60,705 nt of DNA. Source: a virus. Taxonomy: Duplodnaviria; Caudoviricetes. Position numbers and translations under genes: made by a program. The notes beneath the pieces are model-generated. The model saw only the letters and a list, made by a program, of their open reading frames with translations, was not told the origin of the DNA and made no database searches. Below, in pieces: positions 51,701-59,876 of this stretch. Position 1 is the first letter of the stretch. Each line of letters starts with the position of its first letter. The DNA lies in IMG/VR virus record IMGVR_UViG_3300024999_000109, positions 1 to 60,705 of that record; one strand, 5' to 3'.

Positions 51701-53166
51701 CTTACCCGCTTATGGGCGCAAGGTTCGGTTTCGCAAAGTCTGCAAGAGCTTTGACAAGGGCAGCAAGGGATTACACAAGGGGTGATCTTTCATGGGAATC
51801 CGGCATGTCTCTTGAGAAAGCGAAATTCCTGAACGAACAAGAGCGGAAGATGTTCGCAGAGCTTATCAAAGACGGCACGATTGACGTTTCCCAAGCCCAC
51901 GACCTGGCGGCAGCAGCGGCGACTGACTATCTATCCCTTGCAGAGAAGGGCGGGAACCTCCATAAATACGCCAAGGTGATGAAACTGGTGTCGGCCCCGT
52001 TCCACTATGCTGAAGTGGCAAACAGGCAGATCACGGCTCTTGCAGCTTATAGAGTGGCGGTTGTCGAAGTCGGGCACGATGCAGCGGTTGACCTTGCCCG
52101 GAAGGTTGTCGAGGAAGGGCATTTTGACTACGGCCAAGAAAATCGGGCCAGGGTGATGCAGGGCAATGTCGCCAGGGTAGCACTGCTGTTCAAGCAGTAC
52201 GCCCAGAACATGAGTTATCGCCTTGTCCGTGACTTCGTGGTGGCACTCAAGAAAAGCGATGTAACCCCGGCAGAGAAACGACAGGCCAAACTGCAATTTG
52301 CCGGGATTCTCGGCGGGCATTTCATGGTTGCCGGCACTCTCGGTCTGCCTGTTGTCGGGATGCTTGGAACAGCTTTAAATATGATGGTCGGCGCTCTTGG
52401 CGATGATGATGAGCCGTGGGACTGGAAAGCAGAGTTTCGGAATTGGCTGGCTGACCGAGTAGGACTGAAGGGCGGCGAGATGATAGCGCATGGCCCGACG
52501 CGTGGCCTTCTCCCGGTTGATGTGGCTGGTCGGCTTTCCCTTGCCGACCTGTGGTGGAGAGGTGACGACCGAGATTTGGAAGGGCGTGAACTGTTCAACC
52601 ATTACATGATGAATATTGCTGGTCCGACAGCCTCAAACGCGGCATCTGTCTTCATGGGTATGGCCTCGATTGCAGACGGTGATATCTGGAAAGGCGTGGA
52701 AATGATGGTCCCGAAATTCGTCAAGGATGTCGCCAAGTCGATTCGGTACGCGAATGAAGGTGTTACCAATAGACAGCAGGACGTTCTGCTTGGCGACCTT
52801 GAGGCAATGGAATTGACCGGGCAGCTTCTCGGGTTCACCCCGGCGCGTGTCGCTGAGATGTATGAAGGGAAGTCGGCAGTCAAGAAGATCGAATATGGCC
52901 TACAGAACAGGCGGACGAGATTGAAGAACAGGTATCTCAGGGCCAAGGAGTCTGGCGACCGTAAAAAGATGGCCGAAGCATGGAAACCTATTCAGAGATG
53001 GAACTCAGCACACGCTGATGTCAAGGCCCTGCGGATAACCAAGAAGGATCTGGATCGGACTGAAAAAACAAGGCAGAGATATCGCAAAGGCACCAAGAAA
53101 GGTATATGGGTTCCAAAGACCAGGGAGTACCTGCGGGATGAGGGACGGTTCGCCAACGTAGAGTAG
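42766..53166 (+). CDS. Giant polyvalent internal virion protein (DdrB-like ParB, JAB/RadC-like, zincin-like peptidase, HIRAN and PLxRFG domains)
   Basis: ELQPRNR..GAPIV..VESGNGR; HNHP..LSDAD; HELGAH..EEVLAY; LIREPENEADSDAI..KVGYV; YFPLSRFG. Confidence 0.85.
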   Translation: MFDFNEVFDSPEYQNATPEAQLEVEALLAENFWTELTSDPSWVEKTPEEQKEYRKAFDQRFRPGLEVRLKLEGDGRSTLDVAKDTGIALTKGVVNAGAGVVGIADIATGGRVGKFMNDKTGYDPKATNQFLDEKYSEEQQLANQNVEQAEGFGGKVKALAQNPSAAGILTLESVPSMVGGAGIGQGIRKVAGAGGILAAGAGEGAISAGSMAEQIRQENPDELLTPGQAAMSAGSGVLTGALGVVGGRLAQKMGFTDIDSYLVTVGDEAVKATGAKGVVNRIIGGGITEGAFEEMPQSMQEQVWQNAATGKPLMQGVPEAGGEGAVLGGIMGAGANLLPSKPTPKDIIDAPDIDTAIDTFTESVKSIDTKIAGIDERVKGSPVDFGILSSPVDPITGQAIIQGKTDDTIRAAGNNLVQEGPAQGSVGIEGVPEGGGGSERQVNTDAGVSNPRTEGGIESSARRDYQIQNGTTATAGDAGGVLGKGNALEVPEYTESAINDALYDFSDQAQDEQDQADARKRKNDFVNMRDEDQAITELNRRNQPEVEPDPQLSAPIQKTTPLSRIKKDYGVDVYNEVKAARGNGEAISVEEAINRVVKKQGGDVFADTQGEQNGDTRPNDSAVVRRSEESGAAAGLGNTEGGADQEAGIRGGTAEVQPVEAGPQNPPQIPQSAQYLGKSLGEHLYKDTDGTLYRSEEAPAEKAAVAPQQIETSQVVSQNSEDMSRKITSAAKDEQNFSKKRKFSAAGGPDVESLSEKGKSNAASIAMEWQGYDPTHSDRLLALESFSSSVGDGFVPTIGKDQGLTNKQSASLLAITGVISDKKISDKIMSLVYAGEIDEANKLRKEHSIIYDARGDGDFSPKYTIGDKGRKLIQSLQSVEAEISAARRRPQELNNTPSASVPDTRTEGVTSIPATADTYEESQANLESVRPSIQSGKDIKTAPNVVLMNVRTKKGENPTKISAPHNGTEEDALRVAKALRLYAAEEYDASMQQSETFGTDDKGSPQYAFTQGQGVTEVVRLDDSGKSAPSDKSATPIKQAWQMNRAEFRESVNTPKVAAIKKAISAGQRISVNTQLKSIPLSKPDHIRIAKDGGVAVPQGAKWVSLADDQVDLLATQAGMEVPGFNEKTYHREEVKKAREEGKPVPEEVLSEYPDLFETEEDNIITGATGTAETESGREISFQWVIAESDDVIASNDKDTMEVNPDYPAELQPRNRENAAYKLQVAKISNNLKPARLGSSQMVGDGAPIVGPDMAVESGNGRTIAIKQAYGSGKANGYKEWIAKHAEEFGLTSDQVNGMASPILVRVRQTEMTTKERVAFASEANESAVTAMSAVEQASVDARKLESLDDFYPSESGEFDNASNRGFIKRFISAIIAASEQNGMYTADGSALSQEGKTRIRNAVFAKAYGADAKVLSRVVESTDNNIRNITNGMLIAAPKIAKMKMDIAAGKLYALDNSEEIARAVEDLASILAEGKTVDNELAQLGLFGDNRTEAHKALLRFLEENKRSGKKIALFLTEYVGNVYAAGNPKQMGMFGEKRAATIQEVIAKAVSTVEESKNVGKQAEIPWNTGTERSDKRPADIQDNDGLDTSSGEGRAKKGQESAQAGVAPEEVGKPGPLPEYAKKAGIATWKQAQRKGVASLISQAKGYADEIVKHNVTMTRGNPESVANKIAEEIIQRTVISGGLDSTLQGLAVQYWQKAKSNGSDPSGDQHYTAIARGIEALRARLKNLGKTKEVGSLNSGSILDISQGKAENKVEGAVFTTQGEGEENVLRQTPGISIFINSSAQTRAESLLASVTHDRVGEFRTKTKRIRTAKEVAEVVGPRIAGEAQENIFVVATTEDGSPLAILQHSYGKKSSAVLEYDSVIGFVHNTEGAERFWVIHNHPVKNPKLSDADKSVSNALFSLTSGTGIEFNGLMAIDVEGNYEYSFSGDDNQTPSGYYLFDKDIPLVRRVLSKYDTENIVNGDNADIAVPEMLEPFGNTNGVLMFDNQGGPLGFVSLSEDETLQLRSGRKGTGASKILSAIEASNATFYAVSTHSPANTLANGNITSFLTLHGGNVFRNYRDGQKIPLTSGDIGSGSTFFSREAGGVFTQAEVEKELSAHLGANGMQNLLATGTVRILNTQDQARKIIDRLKTRNVKHSIRYSKNGAIQGFTTASKVYLVRDGIAKGKSFAVLKHELGAHLGQATLNNAEFQALLKSIEARKDEQSKTGDAIRAAMARVPKSTNPEHYWEEVLAYAVEQSPEVGIGRRFIALIKRMLVKLGISPKIFTAADLAALAEAAVRRETRSVENEKQRDTKRTAEKTNSGNSRLLRASISPDGEAGRDNARGMRRDVEGIEGVAPEEVRGLSDDEPMFSVQAAEAYDTDMQESAEEEPNAPIIADAAGTFSTGTYDDPAMIAQIKPGVQVELIREPENEADSDAIRIELNGKKVGYVSKIKSPQLTDLMDDRVDLTAKIRTVANPERPVFTIEIAKPEGMTDMQERSWADARDIIGRHKDGWSFKRIAEKAEVDPEEDYTDDIEAAAREVLEKSKPEKNWVKKIVKFVSGLKHDKLNHLFSVLTLQQLDDIYGRDFTPVKDFRKAAKGISAMTNELLQEADRLHQKWSSLNPKVAADMADVMFKATTLGFDPDVDTDIQTLKDTLEEKRVALKAARQAKLTGEQKAKIVRKLIKEVGAAKKDLAGAEDLIPAFNALPEEAKEVYREVRKIYQDRFGLLQEVLIEQIEKSGIGKGKRSTIAALKLEFDKQMKSGPYFPLSRFGDHIVIAKKLDSEGNEVDRMVKAFERFANAEEFSVGMRAKGFDVTLRRAKDYKPGQQPPHEFASEVLKIVNSADMDSQERRQIMDEINQAMIKVLPDLSYRKHFAHRKGVKGYSQDAQRAFASHMLHSAKHIAKVKYGTDLNTAIKAMENSKFAHDEKSAAVEGALRNELVKRFEFIMNANVHPAAQILTSLGFAWNIGPSLASAVVNLTQTPLVAYPLMGARFGFAKSARALTRAARDYTRGDLSWESGMSLEKAKFLNEQERKMFAELIKDGTIDVSQAHDLAAAAATDYLSLAEKGGNLHKYAKVMKLVSAPFHYAEVANRQITALAAYRVAVVEVGHDAAVDLARKVVEEGHFDYGQENRARVMQGNVARVALLFKQYAQNMSYRLVRDFVVALKKSDVTPAEKRQAKLQFAGILGGHFMVAGTLGLPVVGMLGTALNMMVGALGDDDEPWDWKAEFRNWLADRVGLKGGEMIAHGPTRGLLPVDVAGRLSLADLWWRGDDRDLEGRELFNHYMMNIAGPTASNAASVFMGMASIADGDIWKGVEMMVPKFVKDVAKSIRYANEGVTNRQQDVLLGDLEAMELTGQLLGFTPARVAEMYEGKSAVKKIEYGLQNRRTRLKNRYLRAKESGDRKKMAEAWKPIQRWNSAHADVKALRITKKDLDRTEKTRQRYRKGTKKGIWVPKTREYLRDEGRFANVE

Positions 53167-53283
53167 ATCGTCTCCCTGACATAGCGATGTGCCGCATTTT
53201 GGTTGTTTATTTTTGTAAAATACTGTAGTTTTGTGATAGCATAATTGTAGTTCAGAGACCAGAGCGCCCCTAACAAGAGCGAC

Positions 53284-53332
53284 AAAGGCTCGGTAGTGAG
53301 GAAATCCCCCTCGTTACCGAGCCTTTTTTTTT
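53284..53332 (+). terminator. Intrinsic terminator / leader attenuator
   Basis: aaaggctcggtagtgagg / cctcgttaccgagccttt plus T-run. Confidence 0.85.
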
Positions 53333-53352
53333 GACCAACAAGGAGACACGGC

Positions 53353-54852
53353 ATGAGACGGACCTTGGCCCCTGTGATTGTATTGATACTGGCCCTCGCG
53401 GTTCACGGTTGTGCAAAGACCGGCACTAGCCCTGATATCTCCCCAGCACCTCTCGGCGCTGTTCGGCCAGTGACGAGTTTCCCTTTAAAAACTGATCCTA
53501 TCGGCGCTGACCACTTCATCTTCTCAGATACCGAAAATTCTGGCCTATTCTCCCGCGTAACCCTCGATAACGTCAAGATTTCCCTTGGCATTGCCCTTGA
53601 TTCATCCGGGTTCAACAAAAACCTTACCACGAACGACGATACCCTTCAGGAGATTGTCGATAAGTTTGACGGGCTGGTATTTGCCGCAGCAATGGGGGCA
53701 GATGACAACTACGTCACGGACGCTGAAAAAACCCTAATTGGTAACACCAGCGGGACGAATACCGGCGACCAGACAACCGTATCCGGGACAGCCGGCGGAT
53801 TGGCAGCACAATACATCGACTGGAATGCCGGTTCTGGCGGGGCAAGCATAGCCAACAAGCCAACCATCCCGACAGCCAGCGACACCGCCTACGACGCAAC
53901 CACATGGGACGCCAGCACCGCAGTGCCGACAAAGAACGCCATCCGCGATGAAATAGAAACATTTCCGACCCTCACCTTCGGCGCCGGCCTGACCGAGACT
54001 GACGGCACGGTAACGGTGACGGCAAATACCTACCAGCCGATTGACGCAGACCTGACCACGGCAGCCGGGGCAGGAGCGGCCGGCAATTCGACGTTTTTCG
54101 GCAAGGACTCTGGCGGAACGGTCGGATTCCATGCGGCTAGCTCTGCACCTACTGTCCAGGCTGCAGACCCGACATCAGCCAGCGCAACAGGATGGTATGC
54201 CGCAACAGGGTCAGGGGATATTTTCTATAAATCTGATGATGGTCTGTTCACTGTTGCAGGTAGTTACGCCGCTGATCCAGCAGTTACCATTTTTTACGAG
54301 AGTTTCGATACCGCCCCAGGCCTAGATAATACCTGGGCATCATTCACCGCAGACCCCGACTATACCACAGCGCCAGCCCCATTGGTGGGGACTCAATCGG
54401 CATCGTTCGACTTCAGTGAGTCTGGCCGGGATGCCGTAACCTGGACCAGCACGTACAACATCGACTATCTCATCAGATTCGATGCAATTGATAATGCTAC
54501 TGACTCCGAACTTTTTAACCTGCGAGACAGCGGGGCAGTAGTGATAGGCAGGCTGTACCTTACGGCCGACGATAAACTCAAGGCCAGACAAGGCGCAACA
54601 ACAGAAACCTCTGTCGGAACAATCTTAGCAAACACGACGTATCATATCTGGCTTGAATATACTCCGGCCACAAGCGGAGATGGAGTGATGGCCGTTTGGC
54701 TCACTGAATACACCGGATCGGAAGTAAAGCCGGGGACGGTGTTTGTCCAGGAATCCGCTGGAGGCTCTACCGCTGTACCGGTTGATTTTGTTCTGATGCA
54801 CACTGTGGAGACTGGCGGCAATATCACAATTGATGAGGTCAAGATATGGTAA
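53353..54852 (+). CDS. Lipoprotein-signal protein with fibre-like shaft and beta-sandwich tip
   Basis: MRRTLAPVIVLILALAVHGC; SGTNTGDQ; IANKPTIP; QPIDADLT. Confidence 0.65.
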   Translation: MRRTLAPVIVLILALAVHGCAKTGTSPDISPAPLGAVRPVTSFPLKTDPIGADHFIFSDTENSGLFSRVTLDNVKISLGIALDSSGFNKNLTTNDDTLQEIVDKFDGLVFAAAMGADDNYVTDAEKTLIGNTSGTNTGDQTTVSGTAGGLAAQYIDWNAGSGGASIANKPTIPTASDTAYDATTWDASTAVPTKNAIRDEIETFPTLTFGAGLTETDGTVTVTANTYQPIDADLTTAAGAGAAGNSTFFGKDSGGTVGFHAASSAPTVQAADPTSASATGWYAATGSGDIFYKSDDGLFTVAGSYAADPAVTIFYESFDTAPGLDNTWASFTADPDYTTAPAPLVGTQSASFDFSESGRDAVTWTSTYNIDYLIRFDAIDNATDSELFNLRDSGAVVIGRLYLTADDKLKARQGATTETSVGTILANTTYHIWLEYTPATSGDGVMAVWLTEYTGSEVKPGTVFVQESAGGSTAVPVDFVLMHTVETGGNITIDEVKIW

Positions 54853-55766
54853 GGATTGCCCTGCTCATATTCGCCCTGCTTACTCCTGTCCAGGCGTTAG
54901 CAGAGGCTTATTCAGACGACTTTGAGTCATACGCGACAAGAGCCGATGTTTCAACTAACTGGTTCGCCCCAGTTAATGCTGCTCTGACGCTGGATGCAAC
55001 AGGGGGGTATGGCGGCTCCCAGGCGATGAAGTTTGATTATGCCGCTGAATCTATATACTTCCTAAAAACCATCAGCTCATGGTCATCACCTGAGATATAC
55101 GTCAAATTCAAACTCAAGGTTACTCCAGGAGCTGTCGGCGGCATCAAATTCTTGAAAATATTCGGGGTTGATGCAGATACGAATTACGCCAACTGGACAT
55201 GGAATTACGGTGATGTCAACGCCAATCAGTCAATGCTCCCCGTCCTCTGTTATGGCGACGGATCAGGATTATCGAACGACACGAATGTCTGTGTTAGGAC
55301 CACCGGTGCGGTTTCCGGCGACACGAACGGAGCAACCATTACCTCGGCCGGCTCGTACATATACGTCGATGATGGCGAGTGGCACGATGTCTACACCTAC
55401 AATAAGTACAACACTGACGGCACCATAGACGGTGTGATGTGGGTGCAGATAGACGGGGTTGATGTGCTTAATGTTGACGGCACAAAGAACCGAAACGATG
55501 CCAATGCGCGGGTCGTGGAAAAGGTATCCTTCGGGGATTACGCAAACGCCTATGCCAACATCACGATGTGGATTGATAATGTGCAGATATCGACAACGGC
55601 AATCGACAGCCCATCGCCTGAATGCGATTTCGATCATCCGTTATTGTGCCTCACCAGTGAAACCTGCTATGCCGTGGCCGGTCTGTATTGGTGCAACGAT
55701 GCCTGTCAGGTCGGGGCGTGTGCTGGCAGAAAATTCAAGGTCAAACAGATAGTTCATCCTGAATAA
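54846..55766 (+). CDS. Secreted LamG/polysaccharide-lyase-like protein with Cys-rich tail
   Basis: Signal peptide ending VQALA; SDDFES; DGEWH; DGVMWVQIDG; WIDNV. Confidence 0.6.
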   Translation: MVRIALLIFALLTPVQALAEAYSDDFESYATRADVSTNWFAPVNAALTLDATGGYGGSQAMKFDYAAESIYFLKTISSWSSPEIYVKFKLKVTPGAVGGIKFLKIFGVDADTNYANWTWNYGDVNANQSMLPVLCYGDGSGLSNDTNVCVRTTGAVSGDTNGATITSAGSYIYVDDGEWHDVYTYNKYNTDGTIDGVMWVQIDGVDVLNVDGTKNRNDANARVVEKVSFGDYANAYANITMWIDNVQISTTAIDSPSPECDFDHPLLCLTSETCYAVAGLYWCNDACQVGACAGRKFKVKQIVHPE

Positions 55767-55776
55767 AGGGGAAATT

Positions 55777-56181
55777 ATGAAAACATTGCTCGCACTCTGT
55801 ACCATCGCTGTACTGGCCGGCTGCACGATCAAAAACGCTGAATACACTTTCAACCAGGGGGCGCCGGACTGTGATCAACCGCAGGCCGTAGCTCGTGGCC
55901 TCTCCGAGACTCCCGGCAATCAGACCGGGGCAGGATCGACAAACAGCGGCGGCGCCGGGAATACAATCATCATCATCGAAGAGACCAACCAGGACTCACA
56001 GTCCGACCTCGATGCAAGCGGGGTGATGGATGCTATGGCCAACAAGGTAAAGAGCATCATTCCCGATTTGCCATCGCTGAACCCCGTTGATAAGGTCACG
56101 CCTCCGGTAGTCGAGGAAGAAATAGCCGAGCCCGAAGCCCTTGAAGACGCGCCGGCCGGCGAAGTGATCGAGGTAGACTGA
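55777..56181 (+). CDS. Lipoprotein
   Basis: MKTLLALCTIAVLAGC lipobox. Confidence 0.75.
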   Translation: MKTLLALCTIAVLAGCTIKNAEYTFNQGAPDCDQPQAVARGLSETPGNQTGAGSTNSGGAGNTIIIIEETNQDSQSDLDASGVMDAMANKVKSIIPDLPSLNPVDKVTPPVVEEEIAEPEALEDAPAGEVIEVD

Positions 56182-56182
56182 T

Positions 56183-56434
56183 ATGGCTGCCGAATGTGTA
56201 GGATGTGGCCGCATGTCAAGCAATGGACTTTTTTGTCTGGAGTGCGAAAACAAGATGGAGGGCGCCGGCGTCAGGCGTAGGCTGAAAAAGACAAAGGCAT
56301 CTCTTCAGAGGCTTGTTGATGCAGTCAACCATTACTGTATAGAACCAACAGGAGAAATCGCATCTATAGCAGCAGCAAGAGGAGAATTCCAGGAAGCTTT
56401 TGATGAAGCTAAGTCTTTACTGAAGGAGGGTTAA
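56183..56434 (+). CDS. Hypothetical protein
   Basis: Two CxxC pairs at the N-terminus; GAGG RBS. Confidence 0.55.
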   Translation: MAAECVGCGRMSSNGLFCLECENKMEGAGVRRRLKKTKASLQRLVDAVNHYCIEPTGEIASIAAARGEFQEAFDEAKSLLKEG

Positions 56435-56437
56435 GAA

Positions 56438-57226
56438 ATGATAATCCGCCTGCTCATCATCCTTGCCGTTCTTCTCCTGCCGTTGCACTCCCAAGCCTAC
56501 ACCCTGCAGGAATGCAATGCCGCTTGCGCTCAACTATTCCCGGGTGGTCCTGTTGTCCCTCCTGTAACGCCTCCTATTGTCCCGCCAGCCAGCAAAGTCT
56601 GCACGATGCCGATTACCTTCGAGCGGGCAGCCGACCAGAACGACCAGAGAGCAGCGGTCCTGTTCCGCACCTTGCAGGATAGCCAAGTGACAGCGGTTTC
56701 CGTTAATGGCGAGGTTGCGAGACGAGGACGACCGTACAAGGGTTGCCCCGTTTTTCTTCTGGAGAACGAGGGAGGCCAGTACAAGCGCCCGTTGAAAATC
56801 GTTGCTCAGACCAGCGACGGCCAGACCTGCACGGCTACGAGTGGGTCTAGTGACACGCCTTCGGGTCCGAGCACTCCGACGACAGGGTACAGTAAAAGCA
56901 AGGTGTTTACGAGCTACGGGGAAAGGAACGGCGGGAGGAAGGCTTGGCGAATCTCGGGGAAAGGCCCGTCTTACGGCAGCCAGATCAAATTCGTCTTCGC
57001 CAGTGGAAAAGAATACACAGTAAAGAACACCTCCAAGAATTGCCGTGGGAATAATCCCGATACCTGCGATATACCGTCATCTCAAAATAAAGATGGATTC
57101 GTCTATAAGCCAGGCATAGGTCCGAACGGCGAGGGTGACAAAGACACTGGCACCAGCCACGGCGGCATATATCTTCATGCTGCATACGGCGACAAGAGCA
57201 ATACAGTCACCATGTATTACAACTGA
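56438..57226 (+). CDS. Secreted multi-Cys protein
   Basis: MIIRLLIILAVLLLPLHSQA signal peptide; Pro-rich linker. Confidence 0.7.
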   Translation: MIIRLLIILAVLLLPLHSQAYTLQECNAACAQLFPGGPVVPPVTPPIVPPASKVCTMPITFERAADQNDQRAAVLFRTLQDSQVTAVSVNGEVARRGRPYKGCPVFLLENEGGQYKRPLKIVAQTSDGQTCTATSGSSDTPSGPSTPTTGYSKSKVFTSYGERNGGRKAWRISGKGPSYGSQIKFVFASGKEYTVKNTSKNCRGNNPDTCDIPSSQNKDGFVYKPGIGPNGEGDKDTGTSHGGIYLHAAYGDKSNTVTMYYN

Positions 57227-57532
57227 GCGCAAATGACAACCTGCGAAAATTGTGGACACCGATATTACGGCGGATACTGCCCGGTTTGCGGATATCCCAG
57301 CGACGAGGATGATTGTTGAGGCTGACTTATTTCCCTGGGAGGGAGAGATGAGAAGAATCGAGATCGACGACCTTGAGAAAAACATAGTGAGCGGGGATCA
57401 ATACATGAAGCCAACGTGGTGCGAAGACGACAGTCCCGGTTGCTTTATCAACCATCACGGCATCATCATGCCTCGCTGCCATGGTAAATTCAGGTGGCAT
57501 CACGATGGGTTCAAGTGTGACGCTCCGAAGGA

Positions 57533-58000
57533 ATGGAAATGAAATTACTTGTCTTTTTTGCAACCATCCTTCTCGCAACCTCAGCCCATTCCGAACTGGC
57601 AACTGTGACGCGGGTAATCGACGGTGACACAATCGAGGTCACACTTTCCGGAAAAACGGAATCAATCCGGTTGTACGGAATCGACGCACCGGAGAAGAAA
57701 CAAGCCTTCGGCCTCGCCGCCAAGGATTTCGTTGAGGTGATGGTCGGCGGCAAGATGGTTGACATACTGCTGGTCGGCGGCAAGGACCGTTATGAGCGCC
57801 CGGTGGCAATCGTCATGTACGGCACACAGAACCTGCAGGAACAATTGATTTTGGCCGGTTACGCATGGGTCTACCCTCAGTATTGCCGGAAATCGTTCTG
57901 TACGGCCTGGTCTACCCTGCAAGGCATCAGCGCCGGCAACCGGGTCGGCCTGTGGGCACAGCCTGCGCCAGTGCGCCCTTGGGAGTGGAGGCGGCAATGA
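57533..58000 (+). CDS. Thermonuclease (SNase family), with signal peptide
   Basis: RVIDGDT; IRLYGIDAPE; DRYER; GLW..PWEWR. Confidence 0.92.
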   Translation: MEMKLLVFFATILLATSAHSELATVTRVIDGDTIEVTLSGKTESIRLYGIDAPEKKQAFGLAAKDFVEVMVGGKMVDILLVGGKDRYERPVAIVMYGTQNLQEQLILAGYAWVYPQYCRKSFCTAWSTLQGISAGNRVGLWAQPAPVRPWEWRRQ

Positions 58001-58512
58001 ACCATTTTCCCGAACCAAAATTTGAGTTTATCAAGGGCGGGATTCAAGCCAGACTGCTTGAGGACTGGGCATATCAGATCGGAGAAACCAGACCGATAAT
58101 CATCCCGGAAGGATTTGAAACAGACTTCGCCAGCGTCCCGCGTTTTCTCTGGCCGATAGCCTCGCCGATGGGCATCCTGCGCTATGGCTCACTCCCTCAC
58201 GACTTCGGATATCAGCATGGCTATTTGCTCACTCCGGACTTTGGAGACTACAACCCCGGAGCCAGAGCAGAGGCAATCATGAACGGCCATAAATACGCCT
58301 TCGGTGGCAATATCCCGATCTGTATCGGCGAGACGCGGCAATTCTTTGATGCAATCCTGCGAGATGTGACCATCGCGGCTACCGGCGCGAAGTATCGAGC
58401 ATGGGGGGCATACTGCATGGTACGGCTCGGCGGTGGGATACCTTGGATGAATTACCGCAAGGTTGGGCCGACTGCGTATAACGATAATTCTCTTGGCATT
58501 CCTGGAGTGTGA
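57997..58512 (+). CDS. DUF1353-like protein
   Basis: IPEGFETDFASVPRFLW; PHDFGY; MVRLGG. Confidence 0.8.
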   Translation: MNHFPEPKFEFIKGGIQARLLEDWAYQIGETRPIIIPEGFETDFASVPRFLWPIASPMGILRYGSLPHDFGYQHGYLLTPDFGDYNPGARAEAIMNGHKYAFGGNIPICIGETRQFFDAILRDVTIAATGAKYRAWGAYCMVRLGGGIPWMNYRKVGPTAYNDNSLGIPGV

Positions 58513-58513
58513 A

Positions 58514-59236
58514 ATGATACTCAGAGACGGAACCGAAACGAGCGATCCACGACTTGACAGGCTGGTGCAATTCGACCCGCGCTCTCTGTCGTTTGGGGTG
58601 GCAGAAGCGGTACTTGAAAAAACCCTTGCATGGGATGGGCTGGAGAAGATTTCCAAGGTGCGGATCAAGGCAAAGGGGAACCATCTCGATCAAGGTCGAG
58701 AAGGGGCCTGCGTGGGCATGGGCTTGACGAACGCCATGCGCTACGAGCCGAATATCGGCAACCTTCAAACCTACAACGAGCGGTTTGCCATTGAGCAAAT
58801 CTACTGGGAAGCACAGAAGAATGACCCATTTCCCGGTGGCGAATATCCCGGAGCCAGTCCTCGCATGGGCGGAACATCTCTTCTTGAAGGCGTGAAGCAA
58901 CTCAAGAAACTCGGTCTGATCAAGTCCTACCGATGGGCATTTTCCCTTGAAGAGATGATACTGGGCCTCGGGTATTTTGGGGTAGCAATCGTAGGAATCC
59001 CCTGGTACAGCCGAATGTCAGAACCAGAATCGGACGGACGTATTCGTATCGGGGGCCAGATTGAGGGCGGGCATTGCTTGGATGCCGTCAGGTACAACAA
59101 GAACACCGGAATATTCGGGCTTGCTCAGTCATGGGGAATGGAACACGGCGTGGACGGCGAGGTCTGGATCATGGCCGACGAAATGGACAGACTCCTGCAT
59201 GAGAATGGCGAATGCGTGTTTTTGGAAAAAGCGTGA
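58514..59236 (+). CDS. Papain-like (C1) cysteine peptidase
   Basis: DQGREGACVG; GGHC; QSWG. Confidence 0.8.
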   Translation: MILRDGTETSDPRLDRLVQFDPRSLSFGVAEAVLEKTLAWDGLEKISKVRIKAKGNHLDQGREGACVGMGLTNAMRYEPNIGNLQTYNERFAIEQIYWEAQKNDPFPGGEYPGASPRMGGTSLLEGVKQLKKLGLIKSYRWAFSLEEMILGLGYFGVAIVGIPWYSRMSEPESDGRIRIGGQIEGGHCLDAVRYNKNTGIFGLAQSWGMEHGVDGEVWIMADEMDRLLHENGECVFLEKA

Positions 59237-59272
59237 CCAATCCTGCCGGGGGGCAAGGGAAGGGGAAGAAGG

Positions 59273-59716
59273 ATGCCTGAGTCAAACAGTGCAGGATTTG
59301 TTGGCGTTATCATTGGTGGAGTTTCTTTCCTCGGCGGGGTGGCAACGTCTCTGATTGGAAAAGGGAAACGGGACCAGATAATTGACTCAGCTGTCGAGCA
59401 GTTAAAGGATCTTGAGGATGTGCCAGTGAAACTCGAGGAGCAAGGGAAAAAACTGGCAAGCCTCGAGGAAGCAATGAAAAACCTTGCGTCTTCTCTTGTG
59501 CGAGATGGCAGACCGACCTATGTAACCGGGCCAGTTTGCAAGGAAGAGCAGGGTCATTGTCGGGACCTCATAGCTCTGAAGCTAGAAGCCGGGAATGTGA
59601 GGTTTGGTGTTGTCGAGGCCGATATAAAGGAAATCAAAGCATCTCAAGACACAATGAAAGCATCTCAGGACGCAAACTTGCGAATCATTCTTGACGAGAT
59701 ACGGAAGAACAAATGA
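59273..59716 (+). CDS. Holin-like membrane protein
   Basis: N-terminal hydrophobic segment plus coiled coil; upstream of endolysin. Confidence 0.45.
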   Translation: MPESNSAGFVGVIIGGVSFLGGVATSLIGKGKRDQIIDSAVEQLKDLEDVPVKLEEQGKKLASLEEAMKNLASSLVRDGRPTYVTGPVCKEEQGHCRDLIALKLEAGNVRFGVVEADIKEIKASQDTMKASQDANLRIILDEIRKNK

Positions 59717-59876
59717 GCACAGCAAAACGAATCCAGGAATTGCTCGATTGTGCCGTCAAGGTGCCAGTGCGGGATAAGGCGGGAATAATCACGCCGGAAG
59801 GAATTGACGCTGCTGCACGGGCCAAGGCTTTGCAGGAGTGCCTGAAGATAGCCAAGGAAGAGGAAGAACGCAAGAA

